DNA of 63,940 nucleotides, counting the filler, from Octopus bimaculoides (taxonomy: Eukaryota): the NCBI RefSeq assembly GCF_001194135.2. It is 9 parts of 6 records of this genome, joined end to end, with 100 filler letters (N's around TTAATTAATTAA, not from the genome) between each part and the next. Parts side by side here need not be neighbours in the genome. Positions count along the whole stretch, not along the records: positions 1 to 9,094 come from NC_068993.1; positions 9,195 to 16,273 come from NC_068991.1; 7 more parts are not named here. One strand, 5' to 3'. The notes below the pieces were generated by a model. The model was not told the DNA's origin. It worked only from the letters and a program-made list of their open reading frames with translations, and did not search any database. Positions 1-11,932 of the stretch are shown piece by piece. The first letter of the stretch is position 1; each line of letters begins with the position of its first letter. A program made the translations under genes and the position numbers.

Positions 1-197
1 ACTTGCATAGCAAGTGACCTGATCTGAGATCGTGTGCTGGAACGAAAACAATTGCAGCGTGGAAGGTGTTTATAAGCCATTTAAGAAACACACAAAAACC
101 ATTAGATTCACTTCAACATTTAAATTTAAGTTGCCAAAATATTTCCGTCGCTTTGAGACCGCGACCTGTTCACTGACAAAATTCCGTGCTGCATCTT
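1..197 (-). mobile_element. Short interspersed repeat carrying an HHR-like motif (possible PLE pseudo-LTR or retrozyme-type unit), cut by the window edge
   Basis: Non-coding, CpG-rich segment containing the HHR-like fold at 131-179. Its status as a repeat family is inferred; there is no second copy in the window. Confidence 0.4.
131..179 (-). ncRNA. Minimal type I hammerhead-like motif with G3/C8 core variant
   Basis: The minus strand reads TTGTCA-GTGAACA-G-GTCGC-ggtctcaaa-GCGAC-GGAA-ATAT-TT-TGGCAA. Stem I is TTGTCA/TGGCAA, stem II GTCGC/GCGAC, stem III a palindromic ATAT. Position 13 is G instead of the canonical A. Confidence 0.5.
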
Positions 198-954
198 GAA
201 CTATTATGGAAATGAGTGATGCCTTAGCACATATTTATTTACATTTTAATAAGTCGCCTTCAGTAGTTGTCAGCAATCGTTCCGAATGGAGGGAGAGATG
301 TGAGTGAAATCTAAGGAATTGCCAAAGAATAATGAAACAGGCTCGTGGGTGCCAGTTTTCAGAAGTACATTATAAACGTGTAGATATGGCTCTGTGTATT
401 TATTCATAACTCGTCCTGCATTGGTACACTAGCCATACTTATTTATATTTTACCACAGCTATGAACAGAAATTGCCATGCTGAAATAGCAACAGAATAAG
501 CAAAGTAGAGTAGAAGCCACAAGAAGCACCTGAAAACTCAGAGCATCGCAGAGAACTAACTTTGCTGAGCTACTGTACTCACAATTATTTAAGGAGTGTA
601 ATAAGATTACTTTTGGATAAAACTTTTGCAAGTAATCCATCGCTCCCACGGACCTTGTGTAGCTTTTATCGAGCACTGACAATCTTTATGGAAGATAATC
701 TTTCAAGAGGATAATGTAGCTATAAAAGGAAATACTGGACTGAAATAAAATGGAATAAAGTAAAAATGCGGTAATAATATGCCGATCAAACAAGAAGAGA
801 ATAGCGCAAGTGGCGTCTTCAGTAGGTGGTGCGTTCTTAAAAGATTTGTGATTTAAAAGGGTTTCACCAGACGAAATCATTGCGCGCATCTGTACACATA
901 CCTATGTACATACATTCAAACGTGCCCACAAATATATACCTCCCTCTTTCTTAT

Positions 955-1050
955 ATGTGTACATACATACATACATACATACATACATACATACATACAT
1001 ACATACATACATGCATATATATATATATACATACAGACATACACACATAC
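955..1050. repeat. (CATA)n/(TA)n microsatellite
   Basis: Direct tandem repeats. Confidence 0.95.
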
Positions 1051-1433
1051 AATCGCACAGCCACACACATATAACATATATTCACACTACAATCAGTGCT
1101 GCGACTATTCCTCCATACACTAAAATTCATGCACATTTAACTATGCACCAGCGATGGTTAAATATGCGTGAGTTACATATATTTGGAAAAACCACAATCT
1201 ACAATATTAACCATTGAATGGGTAATCTTTTATTTTGGGTGAGTCTTNNNNNNNNNNNNNNNNNNNNNNNNNNNNNNNNNNNNNNNNNNNNNNNNNNNNN
1301 NNNNNNNNNNNNNNNNNNNNNNNNNNNNNNNNNNNNNNNNNNNNNNNNNNNNNNNNNNNNNNNNNNNNNNNNNNNNNNNNNNNNNNNNNNNNNNNNNNNN
1401 NNNNNNNNNNNNNNNNNNNNNNNNNNNNNNNNN

Positions 1434-1476
<43 letters not shown>

Positions 1477-1689
1477 TGCAACATACTCATGCAACATGCA
1501 CATACAGCAACAACGGGAACAGCTAAAGTACGGGAACAAAAAGCCTATATATACATTCACTTCATAACCTTCTATCCCTGAAATCACCCGTGTAGTACAA
1601 CACACAAATACACACTAACGCACACACCGTACACTGCTTGTCTATTATAAGCACTATGAGAAAACAAGAAACTAACACTCATACCCCAG

Positions 1690-1917
1690 TTAGTTTGGCT
1701 GTCCTCCTGGACGCTTCCATGATTTCACGCAAGCACGCCATGGATCACGGTCCCCCATTCATATTCTTAATTTGTCAGCATTTGCCATTCCACTGTCCAA
1801 AAGGTTAGACGTTTTCTTTCCCTGTTGACTCTTCCTTCAATTGACTGTCATAAGACCAGTTGACACACAGGTTCTTCTAGGTGCCTGACACAATGACCAG
1901 CAATTCTCATATTCCAG
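1690..1917 (-). mobile_element. RTE-type LINE 3' remnant
   Basis: Minus strand translates to MRIAGHCVRHLEEPVCQLVL*QSIEGRVNR...MGDRDPWRACVK, the typical RTE ORF2 C-terminus, with stops and frameshifts. Confidence 0.7.
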
Positions 1918-2429
1918 CACAGACACTTATACACATACACGTTCGTATGCGCACCCATTATATACACACATTACACAGCTCCTCATTTAAAGCACCGAAA
2001 ACACATAAATTCGTAAAAAAATAAGGTCAAACAATCCAAAATATATTCAACGTTCAAAATAGCTAGAAGCACATATACATACACTCGTAGATAGGTACAT
2101 ATATATGCAGATACCTACACATTCTACATCCAGTTGCGTCTTCTCGAGCTTCGTGTTTGAAACCCTGTTTTCCTCCACTTTCGGACATTTCTAATATGGC
2201 GTACATGAAAACTTGTATAGATTTTCCTCCCTATTTTTCTTTCCGATATTTTCTATAATCTTATTCTTTATTTTTCTGATCTTTCTTAAAATTAAGGGAC
2301 ACGACCAACACGTTGAAACATTTCCTTACTATATCTGAGCGTCACACTAATTTCTAAGCTTACATCGAATTTTATCTTTTCTGTAATTATTTTCATGTTT
2401 ATTTCATTCAGCTGCACCTCTAAAATAGA

Positions 2430-2510
2430 ACCTCTGTAATTTTATACATTGGATTGTCTGGTGAAAGTCTGTCCGTCTTTTTCACGGAACACCTCCAAAA
2501 CATCTACTCG
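2430..2510 (+). pseudogene. Degenerate GIY-YIG (PLE endonuclease) relic
   Basis: LYIGLSGESLSVFFTEHLQNI resembles the PLE YIGxTxRxLxxRFxEHxxxI motif. Confidence 0.35.
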
Positions 2511-2855
2511 TGAATGAAACCGTTCCTGATCCTTGGAGTTCGACATCATAGGATTATTACCACATTTTTGAAGGAAAGTATAATCGCTTGAATCGACTAA
2601 ACCAATATGTATTTTATTGCTCTCTGCCCGCTAGAAAGATAATAGATACAGTTAAACCGCGATAGGATTTGATCCGAAATATATAATTTTTTCTTGTTCT
2701 TCAATTGTTTTAGTTGTTTACTACTGCACAGAACAGACAATAGAGAAAAATTGTATGAAAAGACAGCGAACACAAACACCAAGATGTATGAATTTACTAG
2801 GAAATTTACATTGAAAGGAGATGATTTCAAACACACTCAGATAAATACATGCATA

Positions 2856-3731
2856 CGTGATCTAATCAATAAGTATCCGAACTATTGGCGTAGTAACGAA
2901 GCTAAAGCACGCAGAATAAAGCAGCTTGGCACAGATTGACCTTGGGCTTTGCGGTGCATGTGCACTAAGTTTTAACGATCTAGCTCACTTCCGCTGTTTA
3001 CAGCAGTGCTTGGAAGGAAGGTGTGTAGTGTATGATCGTCACATTGAAGTTGACAAAGTTGAGCAGAGAATCTGTATCAAATTTTGCCAAAAGCTTGGCG
3101 ATACTTGCTCAGAGGCCTACGCAAACTTTTCAAGTAGTTTTCATCGTTCTTGATACAGTCAAGGAGATCTTGTGCAACTGAAACCCGAATGTCTTTTTGA
3201 TCAGCTGAAAGCAGTTTTGGCACAAACTTGGCAGACAAGCGTCTCATACCCAAATCTTCAGTGATAATGGACTGAACTGAACCGTAACTAATCTGCACAT
3301 CCTCTGATAACTCACAGATGGTGACTCAACGATTTCCCCTCACAGCTGCACGCACATTTCCGATGTTTTTCTCAGTTCTACTAGTTGCAGGTCTCCCAGA
3401 ACGTTCGTCAGTATCGACATTTTTCGGCCATCTTGGAAACTTCTGAACCACTTGTGCACTTGTGTGCGGCTCATACACTTTCTGCAACTTTGCATTGGCC
3501 TCTGAGCAGGTATCACCACGATAATTTTTTCTGTCATGGTCAATACGACGATCACACGTTACACACCTTCCTTCCAAGCACTACTGTAAACAGCGGAAGT
3601 GAGCTAGAACGTTAAAACTTAGTACGCATGCACAGCAGAGTTCAAGGTCAATAATTTCCTAGCGGCTTAACTGTACGTGCTTTAGCTTCGTTACTATGGC
3701 AACAATCCGGATACTTATTGATCAGACCTAG
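2856..3731. mobile_element. Non-autonomous mariner foldback derivative (two inverted 5' ends), copy 1
   Basis: TA flanks at 2854-55 and 3732-33. TIRs CGTGATCTAATCAATAAGTATCC / CTAGGTCTGATCAATAAGTATCC. Transposase N-terminus on + (KVEQRICIKFCQKLGDTCSEAYA) and on - (ERSGRPATSRTE...LGMRRLSAKFVPKLL). Confidence 0.85.
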
Positions 3732-3984
3732 TAAGCGCACAAATATTACACGTAGTACAATTTATTTCATTCATCTATATATTCATACATACGTAGTTTC
3801 TGGCTACGAGTGATTCTCCAGGTGATTAAAACAAAAAGATGAATGCTTATGTGACCTGAAGGATTGCATGTTTCGTCTCTTGGTTTTTGCGATAATCCAG
3901 TTTGAAGAATTGCTTACTCATTCAATTATATTGTAAACGGTTGAGTATTCTACATACACTTGTACTTTTAATATATTCCTCAGG

Positions 3985-4606
3985 TTGAATGGCAAACAAA
4001 AAAGCCCGAAACCAGACTGGTTTATTGATCTTGTCAAATCGTTAGAAGATGGTAGGAGTTCGCTCCCCTGTTTGCAGGTTGTGTCGTTAATCAGCTAGAG
4101 AAGTTCTCCTGGGGTTAAAAAATAGTAGTAACGTAGTGCCATACGGAACAGCCATATTGAAGTGGCAACAAACACTACTTTTCAGTTTAGTTTCTACTTG
4201 TATTTCTTATAGAGATTTTAGAACTAGCTATTTTGCTAGTTACAAGATAAGCAGCTGAAAATTGCTTGTTTTTCTATATATTGTGAGTTAGAGCAAACGA
4301 CTGCGAACTCCAGCAGACAGGTGTCCAGTACTGAGGATGGGCAAAATATAATCTGAAACCAGGTTGGTCTACTGGTCCTGTCAAATTGCTAGAAGATGGT
4401 AGGGGTTCGCTCCTCTGCTTGCGATATATGGGACACAGTTTGTGTCGTTAACCAGCAGGAGAAGCTGTTCTCCTGGAGTTAAAAAATAGTAATGTCGTCC
4501 CATACGGAACAATCATGTTGAAGTGACAAGAAACATTACTTTTATTACTTTTCAGTATAGCTACTACTTGCATCTCTTATAGAAGTTTTAGAACTAACTA
4601 CTTTGC
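3985..4606 (+). repeat. Tandem ~347-nt unit (about 1.7 copies), each junction carrying a hammerhead; retrozyme or PLE pseudo-LTR-like
   Basis: 4008-4235 aligns by eye with 4355-4606. The predicted cleavage positions, 4022 and 4369, are 347 nt apart. Confidence 0.8.
4316..4382 (+). ncRNA. Type I hammerhead ribozyme motif
   Basis: GACAGG-tgt-CCAGTA CTGAGGA T GGGC..ATCT GAAA CCA-ggt-TGG TC TACTGG-t-CCTGTC. It has the canonical core, a GUC cleavage triplet and an extended stem I with an internal loop. Stem II is weakened in this copy (GCCC in the upstream copy). Confidence 0.75.
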
Positions 4607-4615
4607 ATATATATA

Positions 4616-4737
4616 TATATATTATTCATATAAATACATACAGTGTACATTTAAACACCTAAGAGAGATGTCCTATTATAGATATCTCTCTTATGTGTTT
4701 AAATGTACACTGTATGTATTTATATGAATAATATATA
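4616..4737. repeat. Near-perfect ~120-bp palindrome (hairpin MITE-like)
   Basis: ATATTATTCATATAAATACATACAGTGTACATTTAAACAC matches its exact reverse complement at about 4695-4734. The inner arms have about 2 mismatches. Confidence 0.9.
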
Positions 4738-4855
4738 ATAATATATAGTCTATTGACTAATTTTCTTCTTCTCGCTAGACCACTGGTAGCAAATAGAATT
4801 TCTAAATTTTTTTGTTACCCTGAGATTTATTAAGAAATAGACACACACACACACT

Positions 4856-4888
<33 letters not shown>

Positions 4889-6104
4889 GCATACATGCGC
4901 ACATACGTATATACGTACATGATCTTTGTTTAAACTTCCTCAACAGAAGAATATTGAGGGCTGTTTCACTATTGGAAATAAACTTTAAAAATATGAGAAC
5001 AATGACACGCATATACGGACATACAGTTAAGCATGAACACACATGTATATGCACACAAATATACACACATGTGAGTCAACACCTCACACATGCATAAACA
5101 CGCACCTCCACACAATTAACACTTAATGCGTTTTAATCGCGCGTGGAGTGGAATAACAACAATCGGTTGAAAAAATTTTCCAGAATATTCTGCTGGAATA
5201 TCGTTGAATCAGACATTTTTGCTCCTTGTTTTTGTCTTCAGTTTTGTAATTTTTTGGTCCTTTTTTCAAGCTTTACTAATTCCCATCAATAAATATTAAT
5301 TATTAAGTCGATAATGCAATTAGTGCCAAATTAAAAGAGGAACAATTAATTTCTGTGTAGCAGAACAAAATATTTTATTACGTTCTTCTTTTCCCATCAC
5401 CTACATTTTCTGAAATATTTCTTCTTTTATTCTATCGTTGTCGTCGTATCATCATCATCATCATCATCATCATCGATATTTCCTCCTCCTCATCCTCCTT
5501 CCCCTAATCCATTTCCTTAGCGTTTATCAGCATTCTAGCCACAGTAACCATCACCGCCACCACCACATCCAGCTCGCCATTATCACCACACACTCATTCT
5601 TTGCATGGGCTCCATTTTCAGCCTTTCCCCTTCCTTGACCTCCTTTATCCTTCCATTCCTCCCCTATCCACCTTAGTCAATAGAGCTATTCCTAACACAG
5701 TGTTCATTTACTAACAATTCTTACAAAGTGACAAACTTAGAATAGTGTGAGATGTGAGAGGAGGGTGATGGTTAAGTAGTAGGAGGTGAGAGAATTCGAA
5801 AGAAAAGGACATAAGCACTGTGAGGAAGAATGAAGAGAGAGGTATTGTGCTGGAAGGAATGGTCAGAATAATGGAATAATAAATTTCGCAGTTGAGAGAT
5901 AAAATGAAAAGTTCGGTAAGCCGTGGTGTCTGCGATGTAAAAATGGTAAAGAGAATTCAAATAGAAAATGTAGTAATATAGGTGGGTGGGGAAGAAGGGT
6001 GAGAAGATGAAATTAGAAGAGCGAAGAGATGTAACGACTATAAGAACTAAAAATTGTAAAGAAAGCCATATCTAAACAAATACATATAACTACATCCACG
6101 TACA

Positions 6105-6166
6105 TGTACACATACATACACAGTTACACACACACACATACGCACGCACGCACGCACGCATGCATG

Positions 6167-6228
<62 letters not shown>
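6105..6228. repeat. (CA)n/(CACG)n microsatellite
   Basis: Direct tandem repeats. Confidence 0.95.
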
Positions 6229-7106
6229 GAGACGCATGTAAAAACGCTCATATTTGTTTTACTCTTTACTGATACATTTAATCACTACCTTCTTTAGATG
6301 ATACTACGTTGTTGTCTTAGGTAATAACTTTATAATTCGTATTTATTTTCTCATTTTTTTTTCTGATAAGCGTAAATGCTATTGGTTATTTTTGAAAATA
6401 TTAACTCTATGTCTGAATAGGACTCCGGCTTGCAACCAAAACCAATCTCGAGATTACTGGCTTTTCTCTGTACCCTCAAACATCTTCCCTCTTTTATTAA
6501 CCCCCCCACTGAGTCCTTAGAGCCGTTTCAAAGAAAATTCATTGCATAGAATCTATTAGACACCAATCAGTTACAAATAATACTAACAGAAGGAAGAAAA
6601 ACAGAACATAGAGCATAACATAACATGGTACAATGCACTTTTTATTTTAGCTATGTTCAACCCAGTTGTCGGAGCTTTCTACCATTTACAAAACATATTC
6701 CATTGAAGATACTCCAGGATTTTAAACAAGAATAAAAAAATTATCTTAGACCACTACAGTTAAATCGCATTAATACTAGTGCCTTCTAACCTAAAATCTC
6801 AGCTCCACTAAATACGCTAATGTATAGACGAATACCAATTATAACCAAAGTAAGAATTGTAGCTCTTTGTAGTCTAAAAGCTAGCTAAGTCCTATATTGG
6901 CAATAAGAGATTTTATAGTTTATGCTAGAAAGTAATTTTATCTCTTCTATTTGCTAAGAGAAATTTACTGAAGAAACATATCGAAAGGAAACACAAAACC
7001 TCGAAGTCCTAGATCTACTATAAACCCAGAACTTTACTCCGAAAATGTTTTACTTTTTATTCTAGTTCTACCTGCCATCCCTCATTAGATATTCGAGATC
7101 TAATTA

Positions 7107-8372
7107 TTAGGTTGTTCCGAAAATAATGGCCGCTCTGTGTTGTGTTTTGAAACGCAATTTTATCATCGTATTTTAGTTATATTTTAGGTGAATTTCGACA
7201 TACTTAATAATTGTTGTATGCTCTTTAATAATTTTCCACTTATTTCAGACAGAAAACATTCTTGAAGCATAGGCACCTTTAATTATGAGCATGACAAAAA
7301 AAAAACCTTCGCTTACTTTCCTTGCATGAGTTCAAGCTTGGACACAATACCTTCCAAACTGCTGCCAATATCAACAGAGCATGTGATCGCACAGTTTGAA
7401 GGTGGTTTCAGAAATTCCGTAGTGGTGATGAGAGCCTTGAAGATGAAGAAGGTAGAGGACGGTCATGCAGTCTTGACAATGAACAATTGAAAGCAATTGT
7501 TGAAGAAAACCCACGTCAAAGTGTCAGAGAAATGTCTCAGACGCTTGGTGTCGGTATTGCGATGGTCTTACGCAATCTGCAGAAAATTGGTAAGGTGAAA
7601 AAGCCCGATAAATGGGTACCATATGAGCTCAATGAAAATAAAAGAGTTCGGCGTTTTGAAGTGTGCTTGATGCTCTTTCTGTGAAATACCAATGCTCCTT
7701 TTTCTTGACCGAATAGTCACTTGTGACGAAAAGTGGATCCTTTATGATAACCGTAAACGATTAGGTCAATTTCTTGATCGTGATGAGTCCCCCAAACATT
7801 TCCCAAAGCCAAAGCTACATCAGCAAAAGATTATGGTGACTGTCTGGTGGTCTTCAATTGGTGTTGTCCATTGCAGCTTTCTGGAAGCCTATCAGAGCTT
7901 TACAGCCGAGGTTTATTGCAATCAACTCGCTGAAACGCATGCTCACTTGCAAAAAATGAGACCTGTATTGGTGAATCAGCGTAGCCCTATTTTGCTCCAC
8001 GATAATGCAAAGCCACATGTTGCAAGGATGACACTGCAGAAACTCACAGACTTGGGATACGAGACTTTAACACATCTTCCATATTCTCCTGATTTTTCAC
8101 CCACAAACCACCATTTTGTAAAGCATTTAAACACGTTTCTAAGTGATAAAACTTTCAGGTCCAAACCAGAGGTGAAATCAGCTTTCAAAGATTTCTTAGC
8201 ATCAAAGCCAACAAGTTTTTATCAACAAGGCAGAAATAATCTCGTTGATCGATGGCAGAGATGCATAGATGTTCACGGCTCATACTTTGACTAATCAAAA
8301 CATTTCTATTATCAATTTTTTCAGAATACAATTATGTATCTGAAATCGGCCATTATTTTCGTAACAACCTAA
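7107..8372 (+). mobile_element. Near-full-length mariner element (1266 bp)
   Basis: 26-bp TIRs TTAGGTTGTT(C/A)CGAAAATAATGGCCG with one mismatch, and TA flanks at 7105-06 and 8373-74. Confidence 0.92.
7285..8294 (+). pseudogene. Mariner transposase pseudogene
   Basis: WVPYEL, TCDEKW, HDNAKPH and [12 protein letters not shown] motifs. Stops and frameshifts are present, and the third catalytic Asp position is Asn. Confidence 0.9.
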
Positions 8373-8554
8373 TAATTCTTGCATTATAGTTGCCTCATCC
8401 ACATTCTTCTTCGCCTTCACCTTAATTTGTTTTTCTTTCTTCTATTTCCGCTACTTACTTGCTACCCCGAAGACAACTGACCTTGCGTATTGGTGACTTT
8501 AGTGTCAAAATATTTTCTTGACAATGAAAATCTAAAAATGTGAATTGAAAGTGC

Positions 8555-9094
8555 GTGGCCCCACCAGAAAGATGTCCAAGTGCTGTTAGATCACGTGAAC
8601 TCAATAAAGCCATCCATACAGTTCACAGTGGAAAAGGAAAAAGACAATCAGCTGGCATTCCTGGACGTATTAACAGGCCCCAAGTATGGATTCAAGACAT
8701 CCGTATACCACAAGCCGACTTTTACTGGACGATACCTCGAATTCAATTCCCACCATCCATACAGTGTAAAGAGAGGGATTGCTCAGTGCCTAAAACATCG
8801 TGCAAAGAATATAAGTAGCAATCATGATACCCACCACGAAGAAATGATCAACCTCAGTAACAATCTATTAAGCAACAACTACCCCCAAAATATACTATCC
8901 ACTCCAATTATGAAGAAGAGAGAGGATGAGGCCAATAAACTGTCCACAGTCTGTTTACCCTATGTGAAAGGCCTCTCCGAAAAGATACAAAAGATATGCA
9001 TCCCATATGACATCAGGACAGTATTCAAGAGTAATACAACACTTCGCAAATATTTCTTTCGAGTAAAACCACCAATAGAAGAAAATATGACCAA
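8555..9094 (+). mobile_element. Penelope-like element (Penelope/Poseidon type) RT thumb fragment
   Basis: IQFTVEKEKDNQLAFLDV, VYHKPTFTGRYLEFNSHHP and VCLPYVKGLSEKI motifs; it runs into an N gap. Confidence 0.85.
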
Positions 9095-9796
9095 NNNNNN
9101 NNNNNNNNNNNNNNNNNNNNNNNNNNNNNNNNNNNNNNTTAATTAATTAANNNNNNNNNNNNNNNNNNNNNNNNNNNNNNNNNNNNNNNNNNNNGAGGAA
9201 GAGTGAGGTTAAATATGGAGTTTAATTTGTATAGAAACCGAAGTGAAGTGTTGTCAGTCAAAAAGCCTGGTTCGTGTTGCTGGCCATTTGTATGACAAAA
9301 GTAACACCTGTGAAATGTTAAGACTAACCACCAACCGCTACTGATCACAGACATCCGCTGGGATAATCTGCTTTCATTTCTAAATAAGTAAAAGACTTTT
9401 ACCTGTCAAAAGAGAATGGTTATGAAAAAAACCCCACCACTTTGTCATCTGGCATAAATTATAGGCGAGATTTAGTGACGACCATAAAAATGACACCTGA
9501 GATTATAAATATATATACACCCCTATGTATGTGTGTATGTAAGTATGCATTTGTGTGTGTGTTTGTGTGGGTGAATGTATGTGTACACGCATGTACGTTT
9601 TGGGTAGTTTGTACCAGTAATCATATCTTTAATATGTTTATATATCTCTTGCTCATTCTGCACCCCATTCTGTGTGAGTGTGTGAGTGGGTGTATGTGTT
9701 TGTATATATTCCCCCTAGTCGTATTTAGTGACAATAATAGTTTTCCTTTTTTGTAAAACATTGCGCACTGCTGTCTATATTAATTTTCATGTATGT

Positions 9797-9871
<75 letters not shown>

Positions 9872-10078
9872 NNNNNNNNNNNNNNNNNNNNNNNNNNNNN
9901 NNNNNNNNNNNNNNNNNNNNNNNNNNNNNNNNNNNNNNNNNNNNNNNNNNNNNNNNNNNNNNNNNNNNNNNNNNNNNNNNNNNNNNNNNNNNNNNNNNNN
10001 NNNNNNNNNNNNNNNNNNNNNNNNNNNNNNNNNNNNNNNNNNNNNNNNNNNNNNNNNNNNNNNNNNNNNNNNNNNNNN

Positions 10079-10233
10079 CCTTGAAGAGTTTTAGTCGAAG
10101 AATACGTTCCCAGGAATTATTTTTTAAAGCCTTATACTTATTATATCGGAATCTTTTGCCGAACCGCTAAGTTACGGTGACATAAACACACCATAGATAA
10201 AACACAGACACAACGGCACACACAAATACACCC

Positions 10234-10275
<42 letters not shown>

Positions 10276-10425
10276 GACTGGTGTCTTTCAGTTTCCGTTT
10301 ACCAAATCCATTCGTAAGGCTTTGGTCGACTTGAGGCTATAGTAGAAGACACTTGCTCAGGGTACCACGCAGTGGGACTGAACCTGAAACCATGTGGCTG
10401 GGAAGCAAGTTTCTTCACACACACG
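10079..10425 (-). mobile_element. tRNA-derived SINE family A (head + internal microsatellite + tail)
   Basis: Reverse complement of the head at 10874-11035 and of the tail at 43900-44150. Confidence 0.8.
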
Positions 10426-10758
10426 AACTATATTTATCATATGTATGCTATCTGTTTATCTTTCCGTCTATCCATCTATTTATATACATATAACATGCGC
10501 ATATATGTTACATGCACGCTCAATGAATAAAAAATACGCTACATGGAAAGTGTGTGGGTGCTTGAAATATAGTTTGCTGATGCAATGAACTTCAACCTAA
10601 ACCGTGTTATTTGGTGGTAAACGACGACTCAAACGAACCTATTCCTGTCCCTTAGTCAATATAACTATTAGGGGGACGCCCATAAGCCCAAGGTAACAAT
10701 GTCTTTAAATCACTGCCCTATGTTTTAAATGTAGGTGAATACATTGCTTAATGTAGAT

Positions 10759-11050
10759 CAGTAGTTGTCAACCATTTTTGCCTATGAACCCCGTTGATTC
10801 CCATTTCACTGAACCTCCGTAGCCATTTTGATGTTTAAATAAAACCCGATTATAGTTTTATAATTAAATTAATAGGTGCAGGCGTGGCGGTGTGGTAAGA
10901 AACTTGCTTCTCAACCACATGGTTCCGGGTTCAGTCTCACTGCGTAGCACCTTGGCCAAATGTCTTCTACTATAGCCTCGGGTCGACCAAGGCCATGTGA
11001 GTGGATTAGGTAGACAGAAACTCAAAGAAGCCGTCTAATATATATATATA

Positions 11051-11107
<57 letters not shown>

Positions 11108-11261
11108 GTATATATATAAAAGAATAAATTACCAGATAGGTAACGTATAAAAAAAATTCAAGATATTGTAGAAGTATTAGCAAATTAATGCACATAAATC
11201 TTCACGAAAAAATCTTATTTGGATCCCTAAGGGCCATATGGACCCTGGTTAAGAACCACTG
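10759..11261. mobile_element. hAT-like MITE with nested SINE
   Basis: TIRs CAGTAGTTGTCAACC / CAGTGGTTCTTAACC; degenerate 8-bp flanks ATGTAGAT / ATATCGAC. Confidence 0.55.
10874..11035 (+). mobile_element. SINE family A head
   Basis: A-box-like GGCGTGGCGGTGTGGTAAG and B-box-like CCGGGTTCAGTCTC, followed by a (TA)/(CA) tract; multiple copies in the window. Confidence 0.85.
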
Positions 11262-11287
11262 ATATCGACTTTAATATACAATAAGCC

Positions 11288-11510
11288 AAGGCGGCGAGCT
11301 GGCAGAATCATTATCACACGCCGGACAAAATGCTTAGCTGCATTTCATCCATCTTTGCTTTCTGAGTACAAATTCCGCCGACGTCTTCTTGGCCTTTCAT
11401 CCTTTCGGGGTCAATAAAATATGAACCAGTTAAGCACAGAGGCTGCTGTAATAGGCTTACCCTATCCCCCTGAAATTGCTGGCCCTTCGCTGAAATTTAA
11501 AACCAATATT
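11288..11510 (+). mobile_element. SINE family C
   Basis: GGCGGCGAGCTGGCAGAATC...GAGTACAAATTCCGCCG head, shared with 47545, 51408, 57330 and 57552. Confidence 0.8.
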
Positions 11511-11932
11511 GCAATAAAGCCAGGATCGTGATGGTTAGAACGCCTGGGAATAAAATAACAACAATATAAAAAAAAGTAAAAACAAGAAAAGCAGCAACAA
11601 TAATACAATATGAACAAGAAAACTTCGCTAACTTCAAACATTATAGTGAAACAATTGCAGAATAATAGCAGCTGTCAAGCATTCCGATCATGTCAGAAAA
11701 GATGCCTGGTAACGTAGATTTGTCCGGAGTTTGACAGTTGGTTAGTCATAACATGTTACAGCTGCTACCTTTGTAATTCAAATGACCAACAAATGAGTCA
11801 GGTTTTTCGACTGACAACTCTTTAGTCGGTTTCTATACACATATAACTTATCTATGTACTATTAGCAGCTGAGTCGAAATATTTTCAGGTATGTGCTATA
11901 GGAAAAAAAACAACACACTAATGTAAAGCATT

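Noticed and set aside
9139-9150. TTAATTAATTAA islands inside N runs (also 16318, 43195, 45007, 51074, 56873, 59125, 62122)
   Set aside because: An identical 12-mer flanked by Ns with stops in all six frames is an assembly or scaffolding linker, not biology.
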